Shown here in pieces: positions 1-8,905 of a stretch of DNA of 64,000 bases. The notes below the pieces were generated by a model, which did not search any database, was not told the DNA's origin, and saw nothing but the letters and a program-made list of their open reading frames with translations. Source of the DNA: Bradymonadia bacterium (GTDB lineage: Bacteria > Myxococcota_A > Bradymonadia > UBA7976 > UBA1532). Position 1 is the stretch's first letter; every line of letters begins with the position of its first letter. The stretch covers positions 192,001 through 256,000 of the forward strand of contig JBKAGE010000038.1 of assembly GCA_046290225.1 (NCBI GenBank), given 5' to 3'. The position numbers were made by a program, and so were the translations under genes.

Positions 1-1
1 G

Positions 2-676
2 CGAGACGCCCCCTCGGAGCGTCCGCTCCAAGAAGAGGTGCGCATGGAGGTGCCCACGCCGGGCTGGTACACCGTGGGGGTCGACCTTTACCCCAACGAG
101 GGTGGGCCTAATCGAGGCGAAGCAGAGGTGGTCCTGCATTGTCGCGGCGAAGAGGTGGAGCGCCTCGGGCCGCGGCGGCTCGACTCTCGGGGTGATCGTC
201 GGCAGCTCTGGGAGGTGTTGCGGTTCAACCCCATCACCTGCGAGGTGGATCTCATCAACGACATCCGCAACCTCGACTGCGAGAACGGCAACTCCAACTG
301 CGTGTGCGATGATTGCGAGCAGGGCATCTGTGCGCCGAACAACTGCGCCGAGGGCATGTGCAACATCATCACGGGCCAGTGCATCGACTTCTGCGACGAG
401 GTCGATTGTCCTGACGGTGAGATCTGCGATCCGAACACGGGCCAGTGCCTCGCGTCTTTCGATGGCACCTGCGACGAGTGCGAGAGCTTCCGCGACTGCC
501 CTGACAACTTCGTCTGCGTCGACTATGGCTTCGCGGGCAGGGGCTGCGCGCCCCGCTGTCGTGACGTCGGTGAGCAGTGCCCCGAGAACAGCGTCTGTGA
601 GCAGAGCGTGTTCATGGGGCAGCCGGTCTCGGTGTGCTTCGATGCCAACAACTGCCGAGCACCCGATGAGGACTGA
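2..676 (+). CDS. Cys-rich secreted/surface protein, 5'-truncated by the window edge
   Basis: The frame is open from base 2 (RDAPSERPLQEEVRMEV...). The C-terminal part has dense Cys repeats (CVCDDCEQGIC, CPDGEICDPNTGQC) typical of myxobacterial disulfide-rich proteins. Confidence 0.75.
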   Translation, partial: RDAPSERPLQEEVRMEVPTPGWYTVGVDLYPNEGGPNRGEAEVVLHCRGEEVERLGPRRLDSRGDRRQLWEVLRFNPITCEVDLINDIRNLDCENGNSNCVCDDCEQGICAPNNCAEGMCNIITGQCIDFCDEVDCPDGEICDPNTGQCLASFDGTCDECESFRDCPDNFVCVDYGFAGRGCAPRCRDVGEQCPENSVCEQSVFMGQPVSVCFDANNCRAPDED

Positions 677-697
677 CCCACGGTGAGCACGTGCTGC

Positions 698-2155
698 TCA
701 CCGTGACGCGAGACACGCCCTCAGCAAGATGGCCTCTCGCACCAGTGAAGCGCCTCCTTGAGCTCTGCCCTTGCCTCTCCGCGCGCTCGCAGAGCCGCCC
801 TGCCCACCCTTCTCGAGCAACCTCATCACTCGACGCATGGCGATCTCGTTGGTGAGACCGGTGCCATACGCCACCTCGAGGCCAGCAGCGATCACCACGC
901 TGGCCCCTCCAGCTCTGCGGGCTGGGCGGCCCTCTGTGAGCGCCTTTTTCACGCCCTCGACCCGCTTCCAACGCGGAACCGACATGCTCCAACCCGGTAT
1001 GGCGTTGAGGCCATGACCTGCGAGGGGCGGCAGGCCAGCGCCATAGATGGCATCCACCGCCCCGGCGTACTGGTGGATCACGGTGTCGACCTGCCACTCC
1101 TCCTCTGTGGTGGGATCAACGAAGAAGCGCGGCCTTCGGTGTGCGCCCCGCCACTGTGTCATGATCGGCCGTACGACCCTGGCAAAACCCATGCGGTGAA
1201 GCACATGGGCCATCAACGTGATCCGCAAGTGCGCTGGTGGCTGGGCGCCGTCGAGGGTCACCACCATCTCAGGGGCGTCGGGTCGGCCCAACGCAGATGC
1301 CCACCCTCGGAGCGCGCCAGGGCCCAGCCACACGGTCGTGAGCACATCGGCGACGAGGGTGGGCAGCCAGGGCGCGTACAGCGGCGCATTCGCCCCCTCA
1401 TTCGCCACCGACTCGAAGGCTGCGCGCCAGCCCGGACACAGCGCCACGAGCTCCTCGGCGAGCTGAGAGACTGCGTACAGCACACTGGCGGGCTCGCTCA
1501 ACGTCAGGGTGTCGAGGCTGATGATCGGCTGGTGTGCGCCCAACAGGGTGCGCCAGTGCTCGCGATCGATCTCCGCCTCTTCGCGATGACGCGGGATGAT
1601 CACCGGAGGCATCAGGCTCAACGTGATCCCATACGTCATGGCGAAGTGATGCAGGGGGTCGAGCATGCCCTGGAGGGCGCTCTCGAGGGTCTCGCACGTC
1701 TCGTGTACCCCCACCCGATGGCTGCCCGCGCTGTGGATGGCGTGCACGTCCGCCTGAATCTGGAGCACGCGCTGCTCTGCACGCTCCACGACATCGCTGT
1801 GTATCCAGAGACGGGCTGCCTGCTCTGGGGCCATGGTCTGCATGGAAGCCCACAACTCCACCATCTCGGATTCGCTTTCTTCGAGGGCAGCCATGGCGTC
1901 GCCGAGGCGATCGGCGAGCATGCTCCACGGATGTCCGAGTGGGTCGATCCAGGGCTTCGCCTCTGCAGCGAGGGCGTGGGCCTGTGCCCCCGCATCCATA
2001 CACGCCTGCATGCGGGCTCTCGCCTGGGCCACGATGGCGGCGTGATCCACCTTTGGTGCTCTGGCTTTCGCTCGGCCCTTGAGCAGCCGCCCGATGATGG
2101 AGAACAGTATGTTCACCACCACCACGATCACCCAAATGAGGCCTTCGCCGTCCAC
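698..2155 (-). CDS. Membrane-anchored hypothetical protein, last gene of the nfeD-floA operon
   Basis: 485 aa with an N-terminal TM helix (LIWVIVVVVNILFSII). The GTG start lies 1 nt after the stop of the upstream small ORF. Confidence 0.75.
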   Translation of the reverse strand: MDGEGLIWVIVVVVNILFSIIGRLLKGRAKARAPKVDHAAIVAQARARMQACMDAGAQAHALAAEAKPWIDPLGHPWSMLADRLGDAMAALEESESEMVELWASMQTMAPEQAARLWIHSDVVERAEQRVLQIQADVHAIHSAGSHRVGVHETCETLESALQGMLDPLHHFAMTYGITLSLMPPVIIPRHREEAEIDREHWRTLLGAHQPIISLDTLTLSEPASVLYAVSQLAEELVALCPGWRAAFESVANEGANAPLYAPWLPTLVADVLTTVWLGPGALRGWASALGRPDAPEMVVTLDGAQPPAHLRITLMAHVLHRMGFARVVRPIMTQWRGAHRRPRFFVDPTTEEEWQVDTVIHQYAGAVDAIYGAGLPPLAGHGLNAIPGWSMSVPRWKRVEGVKKALTEGRPARRAGGASVVIAAGLEVAYGTGLTNEIAMRRVMRLLEKGGQGGSASARRGKGRAQGGASLVREAILLRACLASR

Positions 2156-2156
2156 G

Positions 2157-2354
2157 TCAGCGTCGCTTCTGAGGTCGGAGCGCCAATGGCAAGCCCAAGG
2201 GCCCCAGGCCTCGACGGGGCTGATGCCGCTCCGGCCCTCGATACAGCCCTGGCGCTGGCCCCAGCAACTCGGCGAGCATCAACCTGCGGGCGAACCGCTC
2301 AGGGCCCCCGCCGAGCAGCACATCGAGATCTTCAGATGATCGTTCAGTCATCAT
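2157..2354 (-). CDS. Small protein (about 65 aa) with a YqfB-like 'MLAELLGP' motif
   Basis: The ATG overlaps the floA 3' end (gcgATGATGACTGA), and the ORF fills the gap to the next start exactly. [13 protein letters not shown] resembles the 'sEILG.P' motif I recall from proteins encoded after floA. Confidence 0.5.
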   Translation of the reverse strand: MMTERSSEDLDVLLGGGPERFARRLMLAELLGPAPGLYRGPERHQPRRGLGPLGLPLALRPQKRR

Positions 2355-3333
2355 CGCCCCCGGATCCACCACCCATCTGGCCAATGTGGCTGCGCATCTC
2401 GGTGTCCGCGGCGATGTTCCTCAGGTTGTAGTAATCCATCACCCCCATGTTGCCGCTGCGCAGCGCCTCGGCGAGGGCCTGAGGCACCTCGGCCTCGGCC
2501 TCCGCCACCTTGGCTTTCATCTCCTGGAACCGAGCCATGGCCTCTTGCTCCGCGGCAACGGCCATGGCCCGACGGCTCTCTGCCTTGGCCTGGGCGATGT
2601 TCTTGTCGGCCTCGGCCTGCTCGATCTGCAGCTTGGCACCGATGTTGGCGCCGACATCGACGTCGGCGATGTCGATGGACAAGATCTCATAGGCCGTACC
2701 GGCGTCGAGCCCCTTCGCCATGACCACCTGAGAGATACGATCGGGGTTCTCCAACACCGCCTTGTGATTGCTCGCGGAGCCGATGGTGGTGACGATGCCC
2801 TCACCGACACGGGCGAGGATGGTGTCTTCGCCGGCGCCACCCACGAGACGCTCAATATTTGCCCGCAGCGTGATACGGCTCACGGCGATCAGCTGAATGC
2901 CGTCGCCTGCCATGGCGGCCACCTTCGGGGTCTGGATCACCTTCGGGTTTACGCTCATCTTCACCGCCTCGAGCACGTCGCGGCCGGCGAGATCGATGGC
3001 GGTGGCCTGAGCGAACGACAGGTTGATGCCCGCCTTGTCGGCGCTGATCAGCGCATTGACGACATTGCCGACGTTGCCCCCGGCGAGCCAGTGGGCCTCG
3101 AGCATGTCGATGGGCAGCTTGAGCCCCGCTTTTGCGCCGCTGATGCGGGGGTTCACGATCTGAGTGGGCGGCACTCGACGCAGACGCATGGCGATGAGCT
3201 GGAAGATGCTCACCCCGGCCCCAGAGAGGGCCGCTGCGATCCAGAGGCCGATGGGCACGAAGTACAGGAACAAGAGCACCAGGAAGAGGCCCACACCTCC
3301 CAGCACCAGCATCATCATGTTGTCGTCAAGCAT
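2344..3333 (-). CDS. floA: Flotillin-like protein FloA (YqfA/UPF0365)
   Basis: Characteristic segments [42 protein letters not shown] and [11 protein letters not shown]. Located directly downstream of nfeD. Confidence 0.95.
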   Translation of the reverse strand: MLDDNMMMLVLGGVGLFLVLLFLYFVPIGLWIAAALSGAGVSIFQLIAMRLRRVPPTQIVNPRISGAKAGLKLPIDMLEAHWLAGGNVGNVVNALISADKAGINLSFAQATAIDLAGRDVLEAVKMSVNPKVIQTPKVAAMAGDGIQLIAVSRITLRANIERLVGGAGEDTILARVGEGIVTTIGSASNHKAVLENPDRISQVVMAKGLDAGTAYEILSIDIADVDVGANIGAKLQIEQAEADKNIAQAKAESRRAMAVAAEQEAMARFQEMKAKVAEAEAEVPQALAEALRSGNMGVMDYYNLRNIAADTEMRSHIGQMGGGSGGDDD

Positions 3334-4810
3334 CTGTCTCCTCCCGAACCACCACGATCCGCACCCCTTCCACCTGCACCACCCGAATCGGGGTACCCGC
3401 AGTGAGGTATTCCGTTTGACTCACGACATCGAGTACGTCGGAGCCCACCTTTGCCTTCCCAGAAAGTCTCAAATCGGTGAGCGCCTCCCCACGCTCGCCG
3501 ACATATCTGGCCCAGCCGGTGGGTGCCGAGGTGAAGCTCTCATCCTCACCGGCGCGGGTAGATCCCGCCCGCCCCACCGAGGCCTCGAGGACCATGCGTC
3601 CGCCGAGGCGGCTCTTGGGCAGAAACTTGATCACCGCCAACGAGCCCACCACGGCCACCACCAGAGAGACCATCACCAGACCCACAGATCGAGCGAGAGC
3701 CCCAGTCTGCCAGCTGACTTCGGTGGGCAGGCCGTTCATGGCCATGACCAGGCTGATCACGATGAGCACGATGCCCACCACCCCCACCACCCCGAAGCCC
3801 GGGATGACGAAGACTTCTACGAGCAACGCGATCACCCCCAAACTGAAGAGCAGCACCTCTTCCCAGCCGGCGAGCTCCACCACCATGTGACCACCGAAGA
3901 ACAGCGCGAGGCAGGTCAGGCCGAGGGCCCCAGGTACACCGAAGCCCGGAGAGTAGACCTCGGCGAGCATGCCCAGCAGCCCCAGAGACATCAGCAGCCC
4001 CGAGAACACTGGATCGGTGAGAAACCGCGCGAGCTTTTCAGCCCAAGTCAGGGTGGGGCTCACCCGCTTCGCCCCCTTCAGCCCCAACGCTTCGAGCACC
4101 CCCTCGAGGGTGTCTATGGGTGACGTGCTGATGCCCGTACGGACCGCAGAGTCGGTGGTGAGGGTGAGCAGCTTGCCCTTGGGCGAGACGCCGGGCACCT
4201 CTACATCTGCGTCCACCATGGCCTCGGCGAGGTCGCCATTGCGCCCCGTGGCCTCAGCGGTGGCCCGCATCTCCGAGCGCATGTAGCTGACCATCTTCTC
4301 GCCGACGGCTTTGGTCTCTCCCCCTTGAATCTGTACCGGCGTGGCGGCGCCGAGGGTGGCCCCTGGGGCGAAGACCACATGATCAGCGGCGAGGCTGATC
4401 AATGCCCCGGCACTGATGGCTCTGCGATCGATGTAGGCGATCACGGGCACCTCGGCTTTGAGCACTGCATCTCGAATCCGCACCGCGGCGTCGACCCGGC
4501 CACCGAAGGTGTCGACCTGCAAGATCACCGCGTCCACCTTGCCCTCGGCCTCGGAGATCAGGCGGCCGATGAACGGCGAGAGGCCCAAATCGATGGTGCC
4601 CGTCACCGGGATGATCATCACCTGGCCATTTTTCGCCTCGCCGCCCAGGTTGGGCAGCGCTGGTGCTGGTTCGAATTTAATCGATGGTGCCTCGACCTGC
4701 CCCGCATCACCTGATTGGGCCCCTTCTGGGGAGGCCTCGGGTGCTTGCGCATGGACCTGCGCGACACAGGCCATCAGCATCACCCACAACATCACGTTCC
4801 TCGGGTGCAT
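3326..4810 (-). CDS. nfeD: NfeD-family membrane-bound ClpP-class serine protease (YqeZ-like)
   Basis: Motifs [21 protein letters not shown] and GAATPV, a multi-TM middle region and a C-terminal OB domain ([11 protein letters not shown]...[11 protein letters not shown]). Start placed at ATG 4810 after an AGGAG RBS. Confidence 0.93.
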   Translation of the reverse strand: MHPRNVMLWVMLMACVAQVHAQAPEASPEGAQSGDAGQVEAPSIKFEPAPALPNLGGEAKNGQVMIIPVTGTIDLGLSPFIGRLISEAEGKVDAVILQVDTFGGRVDAAVRIRDAVLKAEVPVIAYIDRRAISAGALISLAADHVVFAPGATLGAATPVQIQGGETKAVGEKMVSYMRSEMRATAEATGRNGDLAEAMVDADVEVPGVSPKGKLLTLTTDSAVRTGISTSPIDTLEGVLEALGLKGAKRVSPTLTWAEKLARFLTDPVFSGLLMSLGLLGMLAEVYSPGFGVPGALGLTCLALFFGGHMVVELAGWEEVLLFSLGVIALLVEVFVIPGFGVVGVVGIVLIVISLVMAMNGLPTEVSWQTGALARSVGLVMVSLVVAVVGSLAVIKFLPKSRLGGRMVLEASVGRAGSTRAGEDESFTSAPTGWARYVGERGEALTDLRLSGKAKVGSDVLDVVSQTEYLTAGTPIRVVQVEGVRIVVVREETDA

Positions 4811-5046
4811 ATCGCTCCTCTCTCCTTGCCTGCCAGGGCCTCTGACTGCACAGAGCGGTTGACCCGGACAGCAGGTGCCAATATAGGCTTTGCCTCCACA
4901 AGACGGCACAGGTGACCTGATGTCGGTCACCCTCCGGTGAGGTATCCTGTACGCCTTGCCGTAGTTCAGAGTACGCCTGGAACGTCAGAAGAAGGACCGC
5001 CTCGGGGAAATATACCCTGTCCCCCTCCGGTTTCTTCCGAGCGAAA

Positions 5047-5994
5047 GTGAGCTCGATGATGAGAAACCTTCTGACCGCCTTGACCTTCGCGCTCCCCGCT
5101 GGTGTATCCGGCCAGGGGCCGTCGCCTCAGATCACCCCCGTGGTGGGCGCGCCGGCCCCAGCACCACGCCCTGCGCCAGAGGTACCCCCCCCTGTGGGCG
5201 AGCCTGGGGCCACCGCCACCGAAGGGTGCAAGATCGACCGCACCCTCACCCTACAGCCCGGCGACTTCACCCTCGACGCCTATGATGCTCAGGATCAGGT
5301 TTTGCGGATCCATGTGACGAACCCGCTGCTGCCTTCACAAGCGGCGGCGCGGCCAGCACCGGTACGACTCGACGTGCCTGCCCATGATCACAGCGTGCGC
5401 TTGCCGCTGGCGCCCGAGGCTTTTCAGGATGCCCTGGAAGCGCACCAGAGCGGGCATCTCGTCGCGACGCTCTCGGTGAAACAGCACACCGCCACTGAGG
5501 AAGATTGCCTGGTGAAGATCGACGGGCTCAAGTCACGCCTGATGGTGCGACAGGTGAGCGACGAGACCGAGCCCATCGAGCGAGATCTCAGACCGGGCCG
5601 TGTGGTCACCCGGGTGCCCATGGGGAAGGTCCGCGTGGGCCGGGTGCAGGTGGACGCTGGCAGCGCCCCCGAGCGCCCGGAGGTGCTCTCTCAAGCCCTG
5701 ATGCACGTCGGCCAGAGCTGTATGGAGCAGGCGCTCCGCAGCCGCCCCGTGGTGAACGGCTCGCTGCACATTCAGATCGAGCGCTCTCCCACAGGCACTC
5801 TGAGGGCCCCTCAGGTGGTGGTGGACGGCCTTGCCTGCCCCTTCGTCTCTGAGTGTCTGACCCACAGCATCGAAGCCACGGAGACAGCGACAACGCTGCA
5901 GGAGAGCTTGCCCGAGGGCACCCGCGTCTTCGTGCCCTTCTTCTTCAAGGGCGCGGTGGAAGAGCGTGTGGTGAGCGGGCAAGGGGCCGAGTAG
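5047..5994 (+). CDS. Secreted protein with an AgmX/PglI-type (TonB-C-like) C-terminal domain
   Basis: Signal peptide, Pro-rich linker and a C-terminus CMEQAL..RP.VNG.L.IQI...G....V......V.ECL...I...VPFFF. Confidence 0.6.
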   Translation: MSSMMRNLLTALTFALPAGVSGQGPSPQITPVVGAPAPAPRPAPEVPPPVGEPGATATEGCKIDRTLTLQPGDFTLDAYDAQDQVLRIHVTNPLLPSQAAARPAPVRLDVPAHDHSVRLPLAPEAFQDALEAHQSGHLVATLSVKQHTATEEDCLVKIDGLKSRLMVRQVSDETEPIERDLRPGRVVTRVPMGKVRVGRVQVDAGSAPERPEVLSQALMHVGQSCMEQALRSRPVVNGSLHIQIERSPTGTLRAPQVVVDGLACPFVSECLTHSIEATETATTLQESLPEGTRVFVPFFFKGAVEERVVSGQGAE

Positions 5995-6001
5995 GCGCCC
6001 C

Positions 6002-7225
6002 TCACAGCTCTCCCAGCCTGAAGCCCATGACAATGGTGTGGGTATCTGCGTCGACTCCTCCAGTGAGCAATCCGGGCTGATAGCGATAACCCACGCTGAA
6101 CGCCTCCATCCCGACATCAGCACCTACGACTGGCCCGATGACGAACGCCGGCCTCGCGATCTCCTCCGGCGAGAGTTCCACCTCCCGCACCGTGAGCGGA
6201 CATGCATCGACCCGCGGATCACAGCGCACCGAATCTGAGTAGAACGCTGGACCGTTGGTCCGATAGGTGTAGGCGCGGAACCGCGCACCAGCGGCGAGTG
6301 CGACGGGGATGGAGGCGACCTCGAACCCCTTCACCCTGGCCTCGGCGCTCATCGTGCTCCCAGTCATAGACACAGGGACGACGCCTGGCCCCGTGCCCTC
6401 AACGGGCTCGACGCCCAGGAGAGAAGGATTCGATCCGACATAGCCAGCGGATACGTTCACAGACCACCGCTCATGGACCCCAATGCTGGCCTCCAACTCA
6501 ACTGAGGTCGTACCTGCCCCCACCGGGCCATCTGTGTCGACCCCCAACCTGAGCGACCCTCGCAGATACATGTCGGGGAAAGGGGGCGCCCATCGAGTGC
6601 GCAGGGTGAGCAGGCGCTTCAACCGGCCGGCCCTGTCGACGAAGGCCATCACCCGACCGTTACGGTCGAAGAGGACGGCGCCAGGATCGAGGGCCGCCCC
6701 CACGCTCAGACGAGAGACACTCACTCCGGCGAGTTGGGTGGTCATGACCTCCACCGCATTTTGGAGACCTTTGCTGCCCGCTTCCTCCCGACGGGTGTGC
6801 CACACGGCATAGACCTGTTGCCCCATGTGGGCCTTTCCTGTGTAGGGCTGAAGTGAGAGCGGCGTGCCGTTGAGCATGCTCGACAAGTGCACCACCACAA
6901 AGGCGCTCTCGTCGAGCCCTTGGTGCTGAACCACCTCGACCCTCTCGGCCTCCACCCAGCCTCTGCCGTTGCGACAATGCGTCTTTCGAGCGGTGTCTCG
7001 CACCTCACTCTGCCGCTTGGGTGCCGGCAACAAGACGGTCTTGTTGTCATCGACGAGCACGCCATAGCCGAACATGTCGGGTGTGTTGCAGTAGACGAGG
7101 GCCCGGCTGAAGGTCTGCTGCACCCGAGCAGCTTCAGGGGTGAGGTCTTCGGGCTCAGCTGCAGCGAGAGCAGGCAGGCAGAGGCAGATGAACAGGCTCA
7201 GGGCGATGCGCAGTACGCGGGGCAT
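6002..7225 (-). CDS. Secreted degenerate trypsin-like domain fused to an outer-membrane beta-barrel (paralogue A)
   Basis: Signal peptide, HtrA-like fragments FGYGVLVDDNKTVL and GAVLFDRNGRVMA, and alternating beta-strands ending HTIVMGFRLGEL. Confidence 0.65.
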   Translation of the reverse strand: MPRVLRIALSLFICLCLPALAAAEPEDLTPEAARVQQTFSRALVYCNTPDMFGYGVLVDDNKTVLLPAPKRQSEVRDTARKTHCRNGRGWVEAERVEVVQHQGLDESAFVVVHLSSMLNGTPLSLQPYTGKAHMGQQVYAVWHTRREEAGSKGLQNAVEVMTTQLAGVSVSRLSVGAALDPGAVLFDRNGRVMAFVDRAGRLKRLLTLRTRWAPPFPDMYLRGSLRLGVDTDGPVGAGTTSVELEASIGVHERWSVNVSAGYVGSNPSLLGVEPVEGTGPGVVPVSMTGSTMSAEARVKGFEVASIPVALAAGARFRAYTYRTNGPAFYSDSVRCDPRVDACPLTVREVELSPEEIARPAFVIGPVVGADVGMEAFSVGYRYQPGLLTGGVDADTHTIVMGFRLGEL

Positions 7226-7267
7226 GGGCTCTCCAGGTGATGTCGCGATTCAGTCGCGCCTCCCTAG

Positions 7268-7284
7268 AGCAGCTCATGTGCCAA
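7268..7284 (-). promoter_or_regulatory. Putative sigma54 (-24/-12) promoter of 6002-7225
   Basis: Minus strand reads TTGGCACATGAGCTGCT (GG-N10-GC), about 40 nt upstream of the ATG. Confidence 0.6.
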
Positions 7285-7365
7285 CACGCATTTTCCCTTT
7301 TATTCCTTTCCCCCATGTGAGCCAGAAGTTCATTCTGCGCACATGACCCAGCACTACACGTACAA

Positions 7366-8595
7366 TCAGAAGAATCGAATCCCCAGCATCAGCGTGTGGG
7401 TGTCCACTTCGGTGTCCACGCTCAACGCTTCAGGCTGGTAGCGATAGCCCACGCTCAACATGCCAGAGCGAAAGTCCACGCCCAGCACCGGGCCAAAGCT
7501 CACCGAGGCGTTGTTGTCCCCCTCGAGGGGGTTCGTCGTGGTGCGCACGGTGACCGCGCAGGCCGCCATAGCGGGGTCGCATCCCGGGTCATCCGAATAC
7601 AGCGCAGGTCCCTGCGGATCGTGGGCATACGCCCTCAAGCGCGCGCCCACGGTGAAGTCGAGGTACATGGGGCCGAAGAGGTTCAGTTGATACCGGGGCT
7701 CGAGGCTCAGCGAGGCCCCGAGGAGCCGGGTGGAGACCACGCCTGGGCCACCGCCCTCCTCCAGAGGCTCGAGGGCGTAGAGCGACTGCTCTTGACCCGC
7801 GATCAGGCCCACACCGAAAGACACAGCATAGCGATCATTGAAGACGACCCCTGTCTCCAGCTCGAAGGTCCCCGCCCCTTCGCCGAGGGGCCCTTCGAAG
7901 TCGGTCCCGAAGCGGAGGCCGAGGATCGGGTTGACGGCGACAGGGCGCGCCTCAGGGGTGATCACGCCATAGCGAACCAGCCGCCCATCGGCGTCGGCGA
8001 GGGCCAGCAACCGCCCCTCGGCGTCGAGCACAGGTGTGGCAGGCTCGATCTCCGTGCCCACGCTCAAACGGCGCTGGCCCACGGCGGTCAGCCGCGTAGT
8101 CATCACCTCGACCTCGGTGGGGCCCACCTTCTCTTCGGGATAAGCCCACCCGGTGGCCTGCACTGCGTAGACTTTCTCATCCAGAGCCACTGCGGGCTCG
8201 TCGGCCCGTGCAGAGAGCGGCTTGCCTTCGAGGGGCTTCGACAGATGCATCACCAACAGGGGCACGTCGTAGTCCCGGGCCCGGACGATCTCCACCTTCT
8301 CGGTCTCCACCCACTCGGTGCCCCGAAAGCAGGTGATGTTCCGGCCATCGTCGTACCAGCGGCCCAACCACTTCGGTGCAGACGTAATCACCGTCTTGTT
8401 GTCGCCGATGAGCACACCGTCTCCGAACATCGACGTCGAGAAGCAACGCACATAGGCCTCGCTGGCGATGCGTTGCACCTGCGCGGCTTCTGAAGAGAGC
8501 GCCACAGTAGAGTCAGCGGTGGCCTCAGCGAAGGCTGTGGTGGTCAACAAGGTGAGGGTGAGCGCGCTTAACGGCAGCGCATGTGCACGTGACAT
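7366..8595 (-). CDS. Secreted degenerate trypsin-like domain fused to an outer-membrane beta-barrel (paralogue B)
   Basis: Colinear with paralogue A (FGDGVLIGDNKTVI, VEVMTTRL, SVGYRYQP) and ends in Phe (MLGIRFF). Confidence 0.65.
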   Translation of the reverse strand: MSRAHALPLSALTLTLLTTTAFAEATADSTVALSSEAAQVQRIASEAYVRCFSTSMFGDGVLIGDNKTVITSAPKWLGRWYDDGRNITCFRGTEWVETEKVEIVRARDYDVPLLVMHLSKPLEGKPLSARADEPAVALDEKVYAVQATGWAYPEEKVGPTEVEVMTTRLTAVGQRRLSVGTEIEPATPVLDAEGRLLALADADGRLVRYGVITPEARPVAVNPILGLRFGTDFEGPLGEGAGTFELETGVVFNDRYAVSFGVGLIAGQEQSLYALEPLEEGGGPGVVSTRLLGASLSLEPRYQLNLFGPMYLDFTVGARLRAYAHDPQGPALYSDDPGCDPAMAACAVTVRTTTNPLEGDNNASVSFGPVLGVDFRSGMLSVGYRYQPEALSVDTEVDTHTLMLGIRFF

Positions 8596-8676
8596 CGTGT
8601 TTCTCCATGATGGGACTCACAGGAAGTCGTCCCGAGATCTCAGGTCATTCGTCATGAATTGGTCATGGCGCCCTTG

Positions 8677-8693
8677 AGCAGGGTCCGTGCCAG
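8677..8693 (-). promoter_or_regulatory. Putative sigma54 (-24/-12) promoter of 7366-8595
   Basis: Minus strand reads CTGGCACGGACCCTGCT (GG-N10-GC), about 80 nt upstream of the ATG. Confidence 0.6.
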
Positions 8694-8905
8694 AAGACGG
8701 CGTATTCAGTGCTTCGAGGGTCGGAATGGCCTCAGGTGCGAAAGAAAATACGCACTCAGCTTCACCACATCACTCGATGTACACCCAATGTGCACTCAGA
8801 GGACACCGCACGTATGTATGGAGACGGTGGGCCAGGTGCCACATCATCACAGTGTGGTGTGAAGGCACACACTCAAGAAGCTGCTGCACTCAGGCCACCT
8901 GCGCT

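Noticed and set aside
758..2431. 557-aa plus-strand ORF
   Set aside because: Antisense to the nfeD-floA operon genes, with an His/Gly/Arg-rich shadow composition.
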